Shown here: one piece after another, positions 1 to 13,846 of the stretch | Numbering within the stretch: the stretch's first letter is position 1 | How the letters are laid out: each line of letters begins with the position of its first letter | NCBI RefSeq assembly: GCF_009914755.1 | Contig: NC_060939.1 | Source: the human T2T-CHM13v2.0 reference genome, Homo sapiens | DNA length: 64,000 nt | Strand: one strand, 5' to 3' | Made by a program: the position numbers and the translations under genes | The notes under the pieces: generated by a model | Database searches by the model: none | Seen by the model: only the letters and a program-made list of their open reading frames with translations | What the model was told of the DNA's origin: nothing

Positions 1-466
1 ACACTACTGTGGGCTTATTTTTCCTAGACTGGGCCATCCCATGTTTGAAACTGTTCTCATTGTAAGATTTTCCTCTGTGAAGTTGATTCCACTGGGTTCA
101 GCTCTTTTCAACCACAACTATATTCCACAGGCATATTTCAGCCTTCCCACACAATGCATTTGACTTGGTTGGGGTAGGTACTACCAATAAATCTGCCCAT
201 GCCAACCTAGGGTTAGAAATGTCACCCTCAAAGATTCTTCAGGATAATTCTTCTGCCACACTAGTACCTGCTGTCAAAACCTAGGGTATGTGCTTATGTG
301 CCCGCTGCTGCTTCTTAATTTCCTGAAGCTAAACATGCCTTCCTCACTCCACCAGAAAACAGCTCTCATCTCCTCATATCTAGTTCTTTACAGATGCCAC
401 TTATTACACGTTTGTGAATATTAACATTATATCCAGTTCAGCAAGTTTTATCAGACACCTGTATTA

Positions 467-907
<441 letters not shown>

Positions 908-1489
908 TCAGGCTTCAAAGCCTTCCTTCAAAGATCAGGATGTTAATAACGACCTCAAAAAAGGGCCATGTAAGATTAGACTAAGTTATTTTTCACTACA
1001 TCTTTTTTCCTGTTTACAAAAGTGATACATGTTCATTATGTTTAGTAATGGAAAGAGAGAAGACAGTTAAAAAAAAAAAAACGCTTACAATCCTAATATT
1101 CAGAAACATTTTAATGTATTTTTTTCAGGTTATTCTGTGTGTGTATTTATATTTATCTACTACATATTTGGTATTATACTATATGTTATTTTGAAACACT
1201 GCTTGTAAATTAAAAGCAGATCAAAATTATTTTCTAATACCACTATATTCTCTCCTATACACTCTCCATAAGAGTATATTATTCCAGTGTGTGACTCTAG
1301 TATAATTTATTTGACCTTGGTCTCCATCATTGTACACCTACCAAAATTTTTCCAATATTTTGCTATCATAAGCTATTATAAGTAAATAGTCATTAAATCC
1401 TTAGTTGTTTTCTTAGGGTAGAAATTTCTTAAAAGGTTACACGTATTTCTAGGGCTGTTGATACAGAAAGGTTGAAAACCTTGCTTATG

Positions 1490-1590
1490 ATCCTGAGATT
1501 CATGAGTGTGATGGATTGGGTGTTCGTATGCATGTGTGAGATGCGCCACCATTGAACCTTGTTAAGATATGGACACATTACCTGTCTGAC
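1490..1590 (+). pseudogene. Retroposed U13 (SNORD13) box C/D snoRNA copy
   Basis: ttcatgagtgtgatggattgggtgttcgtatgcatgtgtgagatgcgccaccattgaaccttgttaagatatggacacattacctgtctgac is colinear with recalled U13. A-rich tail 1591-1670; direct repeat AACCTTGCTT at 1477-1486 and 1671-1680. Confidence 0.9.
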
Positions 1591-2702
1591 ATGAAGAAAA
1601 AAGGAAAAAATGAAAAAATGTGGGAAAAAAGGGAAACAAAAAGAGGAAGGAAAAAAAAAAACAAAAACACAACCTTGCTTGCCCATAAAGCATACATGTA
1701 TAAATTAGGAAAATGTGTTCCTGTAGGTAGGAACAGCTTTATGGGCAAACAGCTTGACAAGCACATGGCATCTTTATGTGAATTTTTTAAAGTGTGCCCT
1801 TTATAGGATGTATAATTTGGTGAATCAACGGCAGGCTAAATATGAGTCCCATTTGACTTAGAGACCTTAAACAGAGAATATATTGATTTACCATACATGA
1901 CAGTCCTGAGAAAGGTTTGATCAATTTACAGTGCTAATTCTATATATCTAGTTGGCAATTTATGTCTTCTATATGTCTTTTGTAAATTGCCTGTGATATA
2001 TTTTGCCATTTTTTAAAAATAAGGAAGAAAGTTTTTTTTCTTGTTAATTCTCGAGTTCATTGTCTATTATGTTGTAAACATTTTACCAGTACATTATTTT
2101 GAATTTAGTTTTAAGTCATTTTTGAGATACTACAGTATTTTAAAATTTTAATTAGGAATTGAAGTTTTTTAGTTTTATGCATTGAAAGTCATCATTCTCA
2201 CCTTTTATGGTTTGTGTCTTAGACTGAACACTTCGAAAGGATTTTGCTACTTCAAAATCAGTAAACTATTTACCTACACTTTTGTCATGTCTTATTGATT
2301 TTATTTTTCATTTATTTCTACATTTATCTCTTCTGTTCTTTAAAACTTTGCTCTGGTCTCTGGTATGAGATCTAGGAGATAATTCAATTTCTTCCTCTTA
2401 CCAATTACTTGAAATTTCTCTTTTATCACATACTTGACACATATTTATTTAGATCCATTTCTGAGATTTCCTTTTCATGTTCTTAAGTTTTGTGATGTTA
2501 GTCTATCATTCTACACTTTTAATTATTATAGCTCTATAATATATTAGAATATATAAATGAATGATTCTCTCTTCATTTTTAAATCCTGGTCAAATTTTTG
2601 TCTAATTATTTTTATACATAATATTTAAAATTATTTTGTAAACTTCTAAGATTGATTAGAATTTTGACTGGTACTTCCAACAGAGGACATAATGCCACTC
2701 CT

Positions 2703-3565
2703 TACTGTGGTAAAAAACAAACAAAAAAAACCCCCTATAACATGATATCTGTTCTCTTAAATTTTTAAGTGTACAGTATAGTATTGTTAGCCATGTGTAT
2801 TATTGTACAGATCTCTAGAACTTCTTCATCTTACGTGACTGAAACGCCGTATCCTCAATTCTCCATTTCCCCATTCCCGCATCATTCATTCTACTTTCTG
2901 TTCCTTTCAGTTTGACTACTTTAGATACTTATTTAAGTGGAATCATGCAGTATTTGCCCTTCTGTGACTGGATTATATTGACTTAGCATAATACCTTCAA
3001 GGCTGACCCCATGTTGCAGCATACGACAGAATTTATTTCTTCTTTATGGTTGAATAATATTCCCTAGTACATATACGCATTTTCTTTACCTATTCATCTA
3101 TTGACAGACATTTAGATTTGTTTCCAAATCTTAGCGATTGTGAACAATGTTTCAATGAATATGAGAGGGAAAATGTCTCTTTGAGATCCTGGTTTCAATT
3201 CTTTTGGATAAATACCCAGAAGTGAGATTGTCTGATCATATGGTAGTTCTATTTTTAATTTTTTGAAGAAACTCCCTACTGTTTTCCATAGCAGCTCCAC
3301 CATTTTATATTCCCACTGATGGTGCTAACTGGTTCCATTTTTTCTACATCCTTGTCAACACTTGCTATTTTCCATGTGGTAGGGTTTTGGTTTTAGTTTT
3401 TATTAACAGCCATCCTAAAAGGCATGATGGGCTATCTCACTGTGGTTTTGATTTGCATTTCCCTGGATGATTAGTGATGTTGGCACCTGTTGGCTATTTG
3501 TTTGTCTTATTTGGAGAAATGTCTATTCAAGCCCATTACCCAATTTTTAAAATTGGGTTTTTCTT
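2703..3565 (-). mobile_element. L1MB-like LINE-1 3' fragment
   Basis: ORF 3112..3303(-) (LWKTV...LKIELPYD...LLGIYPKE...LFTIAKIWKQ) is L1 ORF2 C-terminus; L1MB-type 3' UTR. Confidence 0.85.
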
Positions 3566-5123
3566 TTCTTCAGTCTGTTTTTAAATTTTTATGGCTTTCA
3601 GTAAAATTACGTGAATGTATTCACAAAGGTCTGTACTTGTCTGGTTAAGTCTGTAACACATATATTGGTAATGTTACTGGGAGACTTTTTCCCAAAAAAT
3701 CTTTAAATTTATTATTTCCAGAGAGGAGTAATGAGAAAAAAAGGAAGTTTTATAAAAAGGCTAGAGACAAAGATACTTTCAGTGAGGGAGAACATCAGAA
3801 GTAAAAACACATTAGTAAGAAAGCACAGGGTGTGTGTGGAAAACATCAGGTCTTGAGTTGGATCACAGAATACGTGTAGAGGGAAAGTAATAAAAGCAAG
3901 GTTGTAAAAGATTGGAATTAAATTCGTAGAGTCCTAATTCACTTGAAAATGGGGAGCCACTTCTGTTTTGAGTAGAAAAGCAATAGGATCAGAGCTGTGT
4001 AAAGAGGGTGTGGGATGGCTTAGAGTGGTAGAACCTCGAAATAGAGAGCTGAGCTGGAAAGCAAGTGAAATTCTCCAAGTGAGTGGTCTTAAAACCTGGG
4101 TAAGCTGGGGTCGGCAGGAAAACAAAACAAAAAACAAAACAGGGAAGGACATCAGAAACAACTCAGTGGAAGGACAGAGAGTAGCCAGAGAAGGACAAGG
4201 TTTCATGCCTTAATAGCCAAAAACTATCAAAAACTACGATATTCTTAACAGAAATCAGGGAAAAGTTTGGGGGGCGGGGAAACGATGAGCCTGGCTGTAG
4301 GTATATTGAAAATAGTTAGATAAGCCCACCAGGAGGGTAGAAGAAAGTATTATGGAGTTCATCAGTGCCTCACTTGTCTTCTGGATGAAACTGCAGGCCT
4401 ATTGAAAGGCCCTGAGATCTCTACTATTCTTCCCTCGATGCTTAGGAACAATTATGCTTACATGGATGGTTAAGCAGAAGTCCTGACAGCATTTACTTTG
4501 AGACTTTTACTATTCATATCGATTGCTATATTTCTTAACATCTTACAACAATACCTTTTTCTTCTCAAAATTACAACTCCTTGTTCTCAATTTAACAAGA
4601 AGGAATAAAATAGAAAATTCTGCTCAGATGGACTCACACAGAAATGTTTATTTCTAATTGCAAATGCCCTCTAAGCAGAAAAGATGGATTTTTCAAATTC
4701 TACATCTTCAGTCTGTTCATAGATTCATTACTGATAAAATATTGGGTATTACTGAGTCTTACTTTCCTAAATTTTGCTTTGCATCATCAGAATACAGTTT
4801 CAATTATAACCAATTACTGAGCGGATCTAGATTTCACAGAGAACCTCACAATCTGGCCATAAAGCACTGAGGCAGCTAGGGGTCTCTCTGAAGCTGTGTT
4901 ATAGTCGATTGAGACTCAGTAGATTTACACCACTGAATAATGCTTCTCTTCATAAGTCAACTAAACTCTCTTGGTTTCAGTGTGCTCATCTGTAAACCAC
5001 GCTGGAGAGCTCTCATATTCTATGTTGGGCTTGCAGTTCGTTCATCCATCTATCCATCATCCAACTTATGAATGTCAACAATGAGTAAGAGGTGAAACTT
5101 TTCCACGTAATACCATTTCTTAC

Positions 5124-5183
5124 CTGATCATAGTAACGCAGGTAATACTTAACAACGTAGTCCACCAGATTAATCCCATTATC
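5124..5183 (-). CDS. FMN1: Formin-1 coding exon, 60 nt ([20 protein letters not shown])
   Basis: Acceptor aaacctag, donor CAG|gtaaga. Phase 0 to 0; continues the FH2 frame. Confidence 0.96.
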
Positions 5184-6268
5184 CTAGGTTTAAAAGAGAA
5201 ATGTACATGAAAATCATTCCCATGAGACTGTCATGTTACACGGTTGAGAGGTGAAATCTCAGTTGAGAAATTTCTAATTCGTGAAAACTGGCTTTCTCTT
5301 CGATGCTGGCAAGGTTTTCCTTCCTCTGCTTTATCCCATCCATTTATTATGCTGGCTACATAAAGAAATGACACTGTACTATCCTTTGTGGGGAAAAACA
5401 AACAGATAATCCATAAAACTTCTGAAATAATGGCTAAAACAAACAAAAAAGTTGTGTCCTTGTATTTTCTGGCACACAGCCAAGACAGGAGGTGCGGGGA
5501 ATGCTAAAGGGAACCAGGGCCTAGAACAGAAAAGCACCCTCCCTGCCCGTCTTTCAAAAAATGTGCGTTCTTAATGGTGTGAAAAACAATCCAGGCCAGC
5601 TTAAAAGGAGCACCACACCACTTTATGACCCCGGGAGGCCAGTGGGGAGCAGGCCCTCCCACAAGGCAGCCTTTGTGTCCTGCTCACTGGGGCCTAATTC
5701 TAATTTGCCTGTGTGTTTCCCCTCCCTGCACCCCCCTGCCCCCCATGGGACGCCTAGCTATGGGCTGATTGTTTCTAAAGAGGTAGCGCCACAGGGGTGT
5801 GGAGCCAAGTGATAATCAGGCTCAGAGAGCTTGACAGTAGACCCCAGCCCAATTGTTGTGGCAAAAAATTGGTGATTCAACATTGCTCTGCCATTCAGGA
5901 ATGAGTAAACTACTAGTAGCCAACACTAAACTCAAACAGCCTCCAGCCTTTGCAGGATCCTGGTACTGTATGCTATCTGTTTTGTTCTCTCACTGAGTAG
6001 CAGTTCAATACCTGATTGTGTATGTCAGAGCACACGAAGATGGGAATTGAGTAATTGAAAATAAAGTCTAACGTGAAAAAAAAAAACCAAACAAAACTCT
6101 TTATTCGAAAGTGAAAAGAAAGCAAACAAAAAAATGCATGCTCTAATATAAATGTTGTTAAGGGGAGGATAGAGATAAATGGAACAATCTGGAATACGTT
6201 TTTTAAAATTAAAGGTAAAGAAAGAAAATAATGGCAGATCATGGGAACTTATTATGAAAAATAAATAC

Positions 6269-6415
6269 CCGACTTTTGACATCCTTGAGTTTGGGCAGAA
6301 TTTCTAAGCTATATCCATCGGCTTGTCCCCGAGTCCTATTTCCTCCATTCATATAATTTCCAAAAGCCAAGATGAGAGCTAAAATATCCTTCACGCTCTT
6401 CACGTGCAGCAAGTC
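6269..6415 (-). CDS. FMN1: Formin-1 coding exon, 147 nt ([49 protein letters not shown]), FH2 post region
   Basis: Inside ORF 6239..6472(-). Hallmark formin GNYMN motif and conserved Lys in LKDVKS. Acceptor ccatcacag, donor CGG|gtattt. Phase 0 to 0. Confidence 0.97.
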
Positions 6416-7145
6416 CTGTGATGGCAAACACCAGTTATTACGGAGCTGAACTCCAAATGCACCCATGTTCATTCAGTAACAAATATCGACTGTGTACTCA
6501 ATAGGCTGTCGGGAGGCTTGGTACCAACAGAATTAACAGTTGCTGAAATGAAAAACACACTTTACTAAGCCATGAGTGTCTTTACAAACACATTAACAGC
6601 CATTATTTTCTACCCACTCAAATTAATTATAAACAGTGCATGTTTTAATACATGAGGATTAACTATTGGTTTTATATTTTCATTTGAGCCAGTTTAATTT
6701 TTAATACTTATTTTAAAGTAGAAGTTGTAAAAAGGGAGTTGGTATATATAGTAAGGCTTAACCTTTGATGACTTCTAGGTAGAAAGGGGTTTACCTTTTG
6801 AGGATGTATTTCAGGACTATTTATCTAGATAACCAATACAGTTAAATGCAGAGCAGATACAGAAGAAGTATGTTCTTCTTTATCCCCGGATATAATTTTC
6901 AGAGCTAAACTACAATAATGCATTTTAAGGCTGTAGGCCATCTTTAATAAATTTATTAAACTTACTTTATTAAGTGCTTGTTGTATTGTCTATTAACTTT
7001 TACAATTTCAAGCTGCTTAGGATTTTCTTTGTCTCCCTGTCTCATTTGTTTGTCCTTTTATTTATTTTTTACTTCAAGTACAATTTTCCAATTGAAATTT
7101 TTTTTCTTTATGGTCTTAATTCACATTTTATCCCCCTTTATTTCA

Positions 7146-7478
<333 letters not shown>

Positions 7479-8200
7479 TTCAGCTCCAGGCAGACTTCTT
7501 TTTCTGCTCCTGCCTTTCAGGTATTATTAGTGCGTGTATAATTATATTTCAGTAATATTTATTCTCTACTGAAATATCTCATATCTTAGAGGAAAAAAAA
7601 TCATTTCTCCAAATAAGGAACAAAGTACTACAGTATTTGTGGAGAAGAATAACGTGTCCTTAAGAGCATGGGTCAACTGTGAGAAAAAGGCAGGTGCTAG
7701 AATTTAACCTTATAATGAACACCAGTGTAGTAAAGCCAACAAATATTTCTTTGCCAATGACTCACTGTCAGTCATTTATTTCACTTATCAAGTCTCTAGG
7801 ATCCTCTTATTAGGTTGACACATTTCAGATGATCAAATGTATGGATCTCAAGCAAAATCTCTTCTGCAATCCAAATTGTAAAATAAGAAACAGACCATGC
7901 TATTTAGATTGGTTTTTAGTGGCCAGTATGTACTTTGGAAGATACTCAGAATTTTTTAGAAGGAATCTGTAAAAGTGTCATTTTTTTCCCTCCTTCTCCC
8001 TCTTCATCCATCTGCATCTCCTTTTCTCTCCCTCTCTCTCATACACACACACACGGGCAAGATAATCATCAAATTTACACTTAGAAAAACATACAATCTG
8101 AGTCCAAAAAGGTTTCTATAATGGCATTAAAGTGGTCTCTCCCACTTTCTTCTTTACTCTTCAGAGCAAGGCTATCTTTTAAATTAGACAGTAAACATAC

Positions 8201-8330
8201 CTTAGAAGCTCGCGTGATGATCTCTACCTTTCTGTGCAAGGAGGTGATACCCTCAGAAAAGACAGATCTGAAGATTATGCACTGGGCACGTTCAGCAAAA
8301 TTAGGAATCTGGGCTAACTCATGTAAAAAT
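8201..8330 (-). CDS. FMN1: Formin-1 coding exon, 130 nt ((Q)[43 protein letters not shown])
   Basis: Inside ORF 8081..8353(-). Acceptor ttttttacag, donor AAG|gtatgt. Phase 2 to 0. Confidence 0.97.
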
Positions 8331-11300
8331 CTGTAAAAAAGAAAATGTGTCATCTACCTTCACATATAATCACAAGGAAAATAAAAAGACAGCTGAAAAA
8401 GACCCACTTTGGGAACATTCCTTACCTAACAATCTCAACAATTATAAAAGGTGTCACATAGGTAGACTCAAGGAATTCCAAGGGCATGGTTTCCATTGTT
8501 GACAACAGGGCTGTTTTTTAAAGGAGTTCTAGCATGATGAATAAATGCATGGTATAGAAATTCCTTCGGGAACAGAAAGTTAACACAAGTATACTAAACA
8601 AGTTATCTATCTCCTGCTGCCCAAACAAGAGACTAAACCCAAATGGAAAGCCCCAGTCTTTAACACACGAGAAAAATTATGCAATAAACTCCCTCATAAT
8701 GCAGCATTCTCTAAAGGTGTATTTATACAGGCTAAGCAAACTGAAGACTTGAGGCAAATGTCTACAGACAAGTGATTTAAAAAAAAATCTCTTACTAAAG
8801 TGATATTGCTACTATTTTTGCTCAGTGAGTTACATAATGGTCTATAATGATCACATTCTCCAGATATTTGTTTACTTTTTCACATTAACTTACACACATA
8901 GACATAGTTTACAACTCAGTATTTAGAACAAAGCAGGCACTCATTAAGTAGACAACCTAAAGTTTCCTTAAAAATGTGGCAAGACAGATCTTAAAAGCTA
9001 AAGGTGAGTACTGACCTACACACAGTAGCTCACTGTCTGAGTGGTTGGGCACTTGTTCCCTTTGCAAAACTAAGTTGGAAAGAGCGACATACTCTCCAGG
9101 CCAACCACCAGAGGAAGGGGTATAAATGAAAATGGGTGGAAACAGTTGGACATGAATTCAGAAAAGGAGAAAATCTACTAACAGCCATTTATTTCATTTT
9201 GGTGTTGAGATGATGATTAACTGATATTTCTGAAAGTCTTGGTCAACTCATAACGTCATTACCAAGGAATTTTGCCATCTCTCACCAAAAATGGTTTTAC
9301 ATAGGAACAAAGCTGAAGCCTACTTCTTTCTATACCGAAAGATATTTTCTTTGCTTATACACCCTGTGCTGCCTCTACCTTTAGGGAGATTTGGGTTTTA
9401 ATTAATTTCTAACATCAATTGATTTCGTATTTATTCCACGACTAGGTCATAATCCACAATCTTTTTTTAGATGACATTTAATGAAAGCAAGGAATATCCA
9501 TAAGAGAAAACACAATCTTGTTTTAAAGTTCAATAACCCATTATTATGAAAATTATCTGATGAAGTATAAAAGTAGAAATTCATAGGAATTCTGCATTAG
9601 GACAAGATGAAAAAGTTAAACTCTGTGTAAATTACTTCTTAATGAATATTAAACAATTTATTCATTTATCATGACTGAAATCAGGGGTATCATCAGTCTT
9701 TATAAATACATAAGAAGCAAAAAGCTCACAAGACTGACAGCATTTGATCCTGTAATGAGTCTGGGGAAGACGTATTTATTCAGATGCTGAGCTATTCTGA
9801 AAGAAGGGCCCTGCATTTCTCCCCTTCTAAATGTGACCCATGAGGCGTCATTCAGGACCCAAGTTCCCAGAGCATGTACACTTCCTATCACAGTGAGCGA
9901 AGCAGTTACAGACACCACCTGGGAAAATATACAGATCAATGCCTCGGCTCACCAAAAAGGACTTAGATGAAAAGCAGAAAATGCTGAATGAATAGTTACC
10001 TATAACTAATCTCAAAAGAGGAAGCATAGGACCAATATGAGGCGACAAGACCATAGTCTTATCAATGTATGTTACGCAAGAAAGGGTAGGATAGAATTGC
10101 AAGGCTCTCTAGGATTAAAGCCTTTCTGGGGTTAGGGCTTGCACTGGAAAAGCTCTTAAAGAATCTTAAATGTTCCAATGTCCTCTTTAAGCAGAAGGGT
10201 CTGCAACCCATACGAAGAGTTGGAGGGGGGAGAAAAGATCATAATTTTACATTACTTTTGGAAAGACTTGAAAATTCATACTAGAAGATCAGTCACCAAG
10301 AATGTCAGTCTGTCCTTTAGGAATGTATGAGGCATTTACAGTGTGTCAGGGACCATGCGAAGATCTGAGAACAGAGCTTAATCTACAGTCCCATCTTGAT
10401 AATCTGAGAAGTAAACCAACAATTACTGTGGAGTGTGAATGAGTGCTCTCGGTGATGGATCCAGAAGAGGAGCTAGGAAAGCAAATGCAGGACACTCAAG
10501 TGTCATGGGGGGAACATTGTCAGCTAGGGTCCCCGGAGCCCTGTGATGCTCACGCACAACATGTGAGAAACTGCCGGGAGAGCCCAGATAGGCTGAATGG
10601 TATCTGTGGGGGAAGTGAGTAGAAGGCAGATGCTAAAATTGTGTTCTGTATTCTAAAATACAGGGTTTAAACTTCTGAACGAATGAAGGGTTCTAAACAG
10701 GAAGGTGACAGTTTCTGCTTTTTGTTGTAGAAAATCTCCATGGCAGCAGCTCAGCTGATTGGATGGGAGAGGAAATTTGAGGCTGGGAGACCTCCTAGAC
10801 CACAGCTGTAATCTTCCAAGAGGAAAGGTAAGAGGGGCTTGCAGTGTGAATGGAGAGGGGCAAATGGATGAGGAAGCTGCTAAGGTAACAAGACCCAGAG
10901 CAACCTACTCCTAAGAGATGTTGTGAAGAGTCCAGGATGACTTTGCAGTTTTGGCGTGGATATTGGGTATAGCGAAAATACAAAATAATAAAGAAGCAAA
11001 TTTGGAGGAAAAAAATAGAGTTTTATGACCCTTGCCATCCAAAAACAGCCATGCAAGGAGCACCATAGCTCCTCTCTTATTTATCTGCTAAGCTACCAGA
11101 GGTATGGGTTACTTTGAAGGCTGTGAAGCAAGCATCTGACAAATAGCTTCTCTTCCCCTGCCCTGCCCCATTACTGTTTTATCCTCTACCCACAAGAGCA
11201 AACACAGTAACTCTCTTAAATATTCCCAAGCATGGGATCTTGGACACTGGGCCTTGGTACTTCTGAATATTTATGGATTGAGTTCCTTTTGGGCTAGTCT

Positions 11301-12507
11301 AACTTTACATTCTAGGTTCAGTAAGAAAGAAGACTAAATATTCCCAAAAGAAGCCACAAATGAGGGATCCTTCCCTTCTTTCTCCAATGTAGGCTAATAC
11401 TTCTAGGAAGGACTGCAACTTCAGCTTCTAATATATGAAAGACGTTCTGTGTCTCACATTATTTGGGTTACACATCTACAGCAGCAACTCAGCTGACGGG
11501 TGGAATGAAGCAATGTGGCTCATGTTTTTAAGAGACTAACATTTGATTTATTATCCCTAAATTTCTGAATGGTATCACCTAAGGTGTATGTGCACATAGG
11601 CGATACACATAGCATAACTGAATGTTGCAACCTGCATTCTTCGATGGAGGATTACACTAACAGAGTCTACTGTGTGGGGGCCCCAAGGCAGCTGTGGACC
11701 TTCATGAAAATCACAATAGACTGTGTATAGTGTTCTCACCCTAGGCCATGAGAAGTGTGTACCAGGCCTAATCAAACCCAGTAGAGCCTCACCTCACAAC
11801 CATTACCCGGCAGCATAAGAGTCAACGGCCATCCCTAGAGGGAGTGGTTCTCAGACAGCCTGGTCCCAAACAGATGACACCTCTGTGGGCAATGGCTTTC
11901 TAAATCTGGCACTGGAGTGTAAGAGAGTTGATGAGGTGAGTGATGAGGCCAGCCTCTCCATGCTCTGATTTATAGGACTGGGCACCACAGGGCTCTTAGG
12001 AAACTGCAACGTTAAAACTATAAATGATTCATATTTTCCAGTATGTAAAACATGCTTATAGTCGACTCACTTGGAGTTAATGGCAAATAAGTTGCCAGAG
12101 AATCAGAGTGGCATAAATCAAACAAATGCTGGTTTGTGCAGGAGGTTGGTAGCAAAGGTGAAATGCACCCAGGTCTGAAGGCCCCCATCTATCCGTGCCT
12201 CACCCTCCCGCAACTGAGCCCAGGCAAGTCACCTCACCAGCACAGCATGACAGTCCTTTTTGCTGGGTTTGCGTGTTCACGAAGCCATTACAATGACCAT
12301 TTATAAACATTAAAAATGCTTTTCTATCTAGATCATCAGTAGAGAAAACAAGAGTAAGTTGTGTGTTAATTACCTGCTACCATTATCTAAGTCCCGGCAA
12401 TTAGAACAATAATTAGGACAGTAGCAGAAACGCATGATCTCTCCCTGCCTGTTCATTTCACCGGATCAGCCATTCCCATAGCTTAGAACAAGGGCTGCTC
12501 GGTGGTT

Positions 12508-12846
12508 AAGGGGTTGGCAAATTGCAGCCCACAGGCCAAAACCAGGCCACCACTTGTTTTTGTATGGCCCATGAATTAAAAGAACGATGTTTACGTTTCT
12601 AAATTGTTGAAAAAAGAGTCAACAGAAGGACAACATTTTATGACATGTAAAAATGACATGAAATTCAAATTTCAGTGTTCATAAGTAAAATGTCATTGGG
12701 GCACAGCGATACCCATTTGTTTATATACTGCCTGTGGTTGCTTTGGCACAGCAATGGCTGACTTGAATATTTGTAACATCCCGTAAGCCACAAAGCCTAA
12801 AAGACTTACTATCTAGTCCTTTACAGGAAAGGTTTGCCAACTCCAG
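12508..12846 (+). mobile_element. MER58B-like hAT-Charlie DNA transposon relic
   Basis: Inverted ends aggggttggcaaa...tttgccaactcc; internal gaaattcaaatttcagtgttcataagtaaa matches recalled MER58B. Confidence 0.85.
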
Positions 12847-13348
12847 GCTTAGAGGAGAATATTACTGTGTAACTTGGTATAACCAGCACTACCCAAGTGC
12901 TTTGATATGCCCACTGTGCCCCAATACAACCAAATGGCCTTTTCAGTGTTGAAACAGCCCATTATTAATCACTTTACTTTCAGTCATTAGCACCGTAAGA
13001 GGGATTCATTTGTTATAATAGGAAATATGACTTGGAAATAAACTATAGGATCAGTTGAGGGTAGGGATTGGTAAGGAAGGTGTCTCAAGTCAGTGGAACA
13101 AGACAGCAAGGGAACCTCACTTGACTTGATTCACAATATTCCTAGGCTTTAGAAACCTACTTTGAGGGGGGATCCTGGACCATGCTCCATGTGAGAGCAA
13201 GTCATCCAAGGTTCCCAGAACCATCATGTAGGTTTGTCGTCAACTGAGTAAACCCAGAATTCTCTTCCCAACTCCCATCCTCAGCCATTTAAGATGTTTT
13301 CCTGAGTCTAAATGTCCAGGCATCCATGGGGACTGAGGTATTCTAGAG

Positions 13349-13846
13349 CAGCTGTGCCCAACCTTTTTAGCACAGGGACCGGTTTCGAGGAAGACAATTT
13401 TTCCACAGGCCAGGGGTTGGGGTTGGAGGTGGGATGGTTTCAAGATGATTCAAGCACATTACATTTATTGTGCACTTTATTTCCATTATTATTACATTGT
13501 AACATACAATGATATAATTATACAACTCACCATAATCTAGGATTAGTGGGAGCCCTGATGGTCCCTCTAGCTTCCTGCAACTAGATGGTCCCATCTGGGG
13601 GTGATGGGAGACAGTGACAGATAATCATTAGATTCTCATAAGGAGCGTGCAACCTGGATCGCTCACATGCGCAGTTCACAATAGGGTTTGTGCTCCTATG
13701 AGAATCTGATGCTGCTGCTGATCTGACAGGAGGCGGAGCTCAGGTGGTAATGCCGGCTTGTCTCTCACTCACCTCCTGCTGTGTGGCCTGGTTCCTAACA
13801 GGCCATGGGCTGGTACCAGTCTGTGGCCCAGGGGTTGGGGACCCGT
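13349..13846 (+). mobile_element. MER1A-like hAT-Charlie DNA transposon relic
   Basis: About 500 bp matching recalled MER1A; perfect 8-bp duplication TTCTAGAG at 13341-13348 and 13847-13854. Confidence 0.9.

Noticed and set aside
6416-6472. In-frame ATG extension upstream of the GNYMN exon ([19 protein letters not shown])
   Set aside because: Short open intronic flank with no promoter evidence; the cag acceptor at 6418-6416 explains the exon start.
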